DNA of 35,627 bases. Origin: a virus (Duplodnaviria; Caudoviricetes). Positions 33,471 through 35,627 of this stretch are shown here, piece after piece. Location: positions 1 through 35,627 of IMG/VR virus record IMGVR_UViG_3300032295_001520; one strand, given 5' to 3'. Position 1 is the first letter of the stretch. The number at the start of each line of letters is the position of its first letter. The translations under genes were made by a program, and so were the position numbers. The notes below the pieces were generated by a model. It saw only the letters and a list, made by a program, of their open reading frames with translations, did no database searches and had not been told where the DNA came from.

Positions 33471-34243
33471 TATACAACCCATCGATCACCCAATACGAAC
33501 GCACCGAAGCATTTGAATTGCAGGTTGCGCGGAATATGATCACCGGGCATAAGCATTTGTTTAAATACGGCAACAATGCCGATATAAACGGAACACTTGA
33601 AACGATTTGGTCGCACAGCACGTTGTATGTGTACCCAGCGGCTGCGATGCAAATGACTGTTTCATCAACCAGCGCCGACGATACGGGAACCGGCACGGGC
33701 GCACAAACAATATCGGTGCAGGGTTTAGACGCTGATTACAATGAAATTGCTGAAACTGTCGTTTTGAATGGTCAAAATGCGGTTACTACAACAAACGCAT
33801 TTATTCGGGTGTTTCGGTCTTTTGTAATTACTGCCGGATCAACAAATACGGCGCAAGGCACAATCTACATTGGCACCGGCACGATCACTGGTGGCGTTCC
33901 GGCAACGGTTTATGCTGAAATTCCGCTTGGGGAAAACCAAACATTGATGGCGCTTTGGACAGTGCCAGCAAACTACACTTTGTATTTGTACCGAGGCACG
34001 TTTAGCGCGGCATCAAACAACATTGCGCAATACATTTTAGGCAAATTTATGGTGCGCCCGTTTGGTGGCGTGTTTCGAAATGCTGCGGATGTCACTGCAA
34101 ACAGCAATTTGATACCGTATGATTTTGAAGTGCCGTTAGCAATACAACAAAAATCAGATATTGAAGCAAGGGCAATTGCTTTGACAGGATCAAACTTTTA
34201 CACCACTGCATCATTTGAAGGCATTTACATCAAAAACACATGA
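33467..34243 (+). CDS. beta-rich Thr/Gly-rich hypothetical protein (possible virion component)
   Basis: FELQVAR...KYGNN...ETIW; SSTSADDTGTGTGAQTISVQGLD; composition resembles the structural proteins. Confidence 0.7.
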   Translation: MIYNPSITQYERTEAFELQVARNMITGHKHLFKYGNNADINGTLETIWSHSTLYVYPAAAMQMTVSSTSADDTGTGTGAQTISVQGLDADYNEIAETVVLNGQNAVTTTNAFIRVFRSFVITAGSTNTAQGTIYIGTGTITGGVPATVYAEIPLGENQTLMALWTVPANYTLYLYRGTFSAASNNIAQYILGKFMVRPFGGVFRNAADVTANSNLIPYDFEVPLAIQQKSDIEARAIALTGSNFYTTASFEGIYIKNT

Positions 34244-34271
34244 TGTAATGATGCAATTTTAGGGGCGGGCA

Positions 34272-34688
34272 ATGGTTACTTTTTCAATCAAGAACGGGCA
34301 AGCGGTTAAGAGCGACGAATTGAACGAATCGCTTGGCGAGATGATGTTTGATCTGCTGCACTCGGCAACGGTCACGCACATCATGCATTTGCAAAGCGAA
34401 AGCTATGCCGAACACATGGCGCTCGGCGAATACTATGAAGCGATTCCCGATCTGGTGGATGCGCTGATTGAAGCATGGCAAGGCAAAAATCAGCAGATAT
34501 TGCGCGGCTATGGCGAGGGCGAAGAATCCTACGAGGGCATGAAACCGCTGGATTATCTGACCGAACTGCGCACCGAATTCGAGGCTTGCCGACCATATAT
34601 CGGCGAAGATTCTGAACTGCAAAACCTTGCCGATGAGATTACCGATCAGATCGATTCGACGATGTACAAATTGCGTTTTCTTAAATAA
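34272..34688 (+). CDS. ferritin/Dps-like four-helix bundle protein (DUF5856-like)
   Basis: THIMHLQSESYAEHMALGEYY...DALIEAWQG...ELQNLADEI...YKL, resembling Dps ferroxidase ligand spacing. Confidence 0.72.
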   Translation: MVTFSIKNGQAVKSDELNESLGEMMFDLLHSATVTHIMHLQSESYAEHMALGEYYEAIPDLVDALIEAWQGKNQQILRGYGEGEESYEGMKPLDYLTELRTEFEACRPYIGEDSELQNLADEITDQIDSTMYKLRFLK

Positions 34689-34697
34689 GGATTTGAC

Positions 34698-34925
34698 ATG
34701 AGCAAAGCACTTGACGATGCCATCGAGCATTTGACCACCACATACCAATCACTCGCACAGGCAGCAGCAGGTTATCTGGAAACGCTTGATCCTAAAGAGA
34801 TCAACGCTCGAATGGCTAAAGCCAAGCCCGACACGGCTGAATACGTTGCGCTGGAACACTTGGCAGCATTGATGCGGTCGCCCAAGCCAGCACCAGAACC
34901 AACACCAGCAGAACCAGCAGAATAA
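34698..34925 (+). CDS. hypothetical protein with Pro/Ala/Glu tail
   Basis: SD TAAGGA; C-terminal PKPAPEPTPAEPAE. Confidence 0.7.
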   Translation: MSKALDDAIEHLTTTYQSLAQAAAGYLETLDPKEINARMAKAKPDTAEYVALEHLAALMRSPKPAPEPTPAEPAE

Positions 34926-35013
34926 GCAAGCATCATTCAGCATATGCGCCCATGCCGCAGAGGTTTGCTGTTTGCTTGTCGGGCAACCGACTGACTGCCG
35001 GGAAAGACCGGCA
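34924..35013 (+). promoter_or_regulatory. cluster of three RNA hairpins upstream of the packaging HNH
   Basis: Long irregular stem 34924-34977; GUCGG-GCAA-CCGAC 34978-34991; UGCCGG-GAAAGA-CCGGCA 34996-35013; no U-tract. Confidence 0.5.
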
Positions 35014-35030
35014 ACCTACGATAAGACAAT

Positions 35031-35468
35031 ATGCCAACCGCACCGCTTAACACCAAGTGCCGGGAACTGGGGTGCCAAAACCCTAAGACCGGGCGCTCTA
35101 CCTTTTGCATCCAACATGGCGGCGGCTTTTCCGAAAAGGCAAAAGCTAACCTAAAGCTATACGGACAACGGGTGTGGGAAAAGATACGGGCATCACAGCT
35201 ATCGCGCCAACCATTGTGCGGTCGATGCCAAAGCGAGGGAAAGATCACAGCAGCGAACCATGTTGACCATGTGTTCCCACATCGGCGTGATCCAGCAAAG
35301 TTCCGGTTAAACCTATTCCAATCATTGTGCGCAGGGTGCCACACGCTAAAGACGCAGGATGAAGGCAAAGGCATATATCTACATTACACAGCGCATGGCG
35401 TGGTGCAGTACACCGACGATGACTATGTGCGAATGGTGGGATTGCAGTATAAAGATGGCAACGTATAG
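35031..35468 (+). CDS. packaging-associated HNH endonuclease (HK97 gp74-like)
   Basis: CRELGC...CIQH; PLCGRC...VDHVFPH...QSLCAGCHTLKT; upstream (circularly) of the terminase. Confidence 0.9.
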   Translation: MPTAPLNTKCRELGCQNPKTGRSTFCIQHGGGFSEKAKANLKLYGQRVWEKIRASQLSRQPLCGRCQSEGKITAANHVDHVFPHRRDPAKFRLNLFQSLCAGCHTLKTQDEGKGIYLHYTAHGVVQYTDDDYVRMVGLQYKDGNV

Positions 35469-35627
35469 GCTCAAGCTATTGGCAAAACATTAGCAAACAT
35501 ATATTTTAGTCCTGGGCTATGCTACGCACACACACAATATGCCCAAGCTATTAAAGTGTTGCAAAAAAAAATAAAAAAATGGGGAAAAAATTATCAATAA
35601 CTTAAAATTTTTCCCTTTATAGGGGAG

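Noticed and set aside
34924-35013. tRNA or hammerhead ribozyme
   Set aside because: No cloverleaf or TTCRA T-loop; CTGACTG and GAAA are present but do not form the CUGANGA...GAAA...UH hammerhead core.
1-35627. Stop-codon reassignment
   Set aside because: Genes are intact and densely packed under the standard code, and TAA, TGA and TAG all terminate genes.

Overview
The window reads as an essentially complete ~35.6 kb HK97-like siphophage genome. The spanins indicate a Gram-negative host, and a freshwater betaproteobacterial host is only an inference. Plus strand 328-24619 holds: ParB-fused DNA methyltransferase, terS/terL, portal, prohead protease, two tandem HK97-fold capsid genes separated by an intrinsic terminator, head-tail joining genes, two tandem tail-tube paralogues, G/G-T chaperones with a -1 slippery site, an HK97-gp10-like gene, tape measure, a tail-tip module containing a GNAT gene, a Gly-rich fibre/adhesin, a double-domain 2OG-Fe(II) oxygenase, and an unusually large lysis/membrane cassette (GH19 endolysin, nested Rz/Rz1, extra lipoprotein and membrane ORFs, one gene apparently starting at AUU). 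Minus strand 24612-30245 is an early recombination/host-interaction operon: DUF932, ERF, Gp157, SSB, HNH-AP2, MazG, several small ORFs missed by the ORF track, a structured RNA candidate and 55-bp intergenic repeats. Plus strand 30481-35468 holds a Cro-like HTH, DUF1364, replication initiator and loader, VRR-NUC-like nuclease, ferritin/Dps-like protein and the packaging HNH. I recognised no integrase, CI repressor, Q antiterminator, tRNA or CRISPR array. The most striking feature is the doubled virion (two capsid and two tail-tube paralogues) with putative protein-modifying enzymes inside the tail module. All family calls come from motif recognition and synteny by eye; no searches were run.
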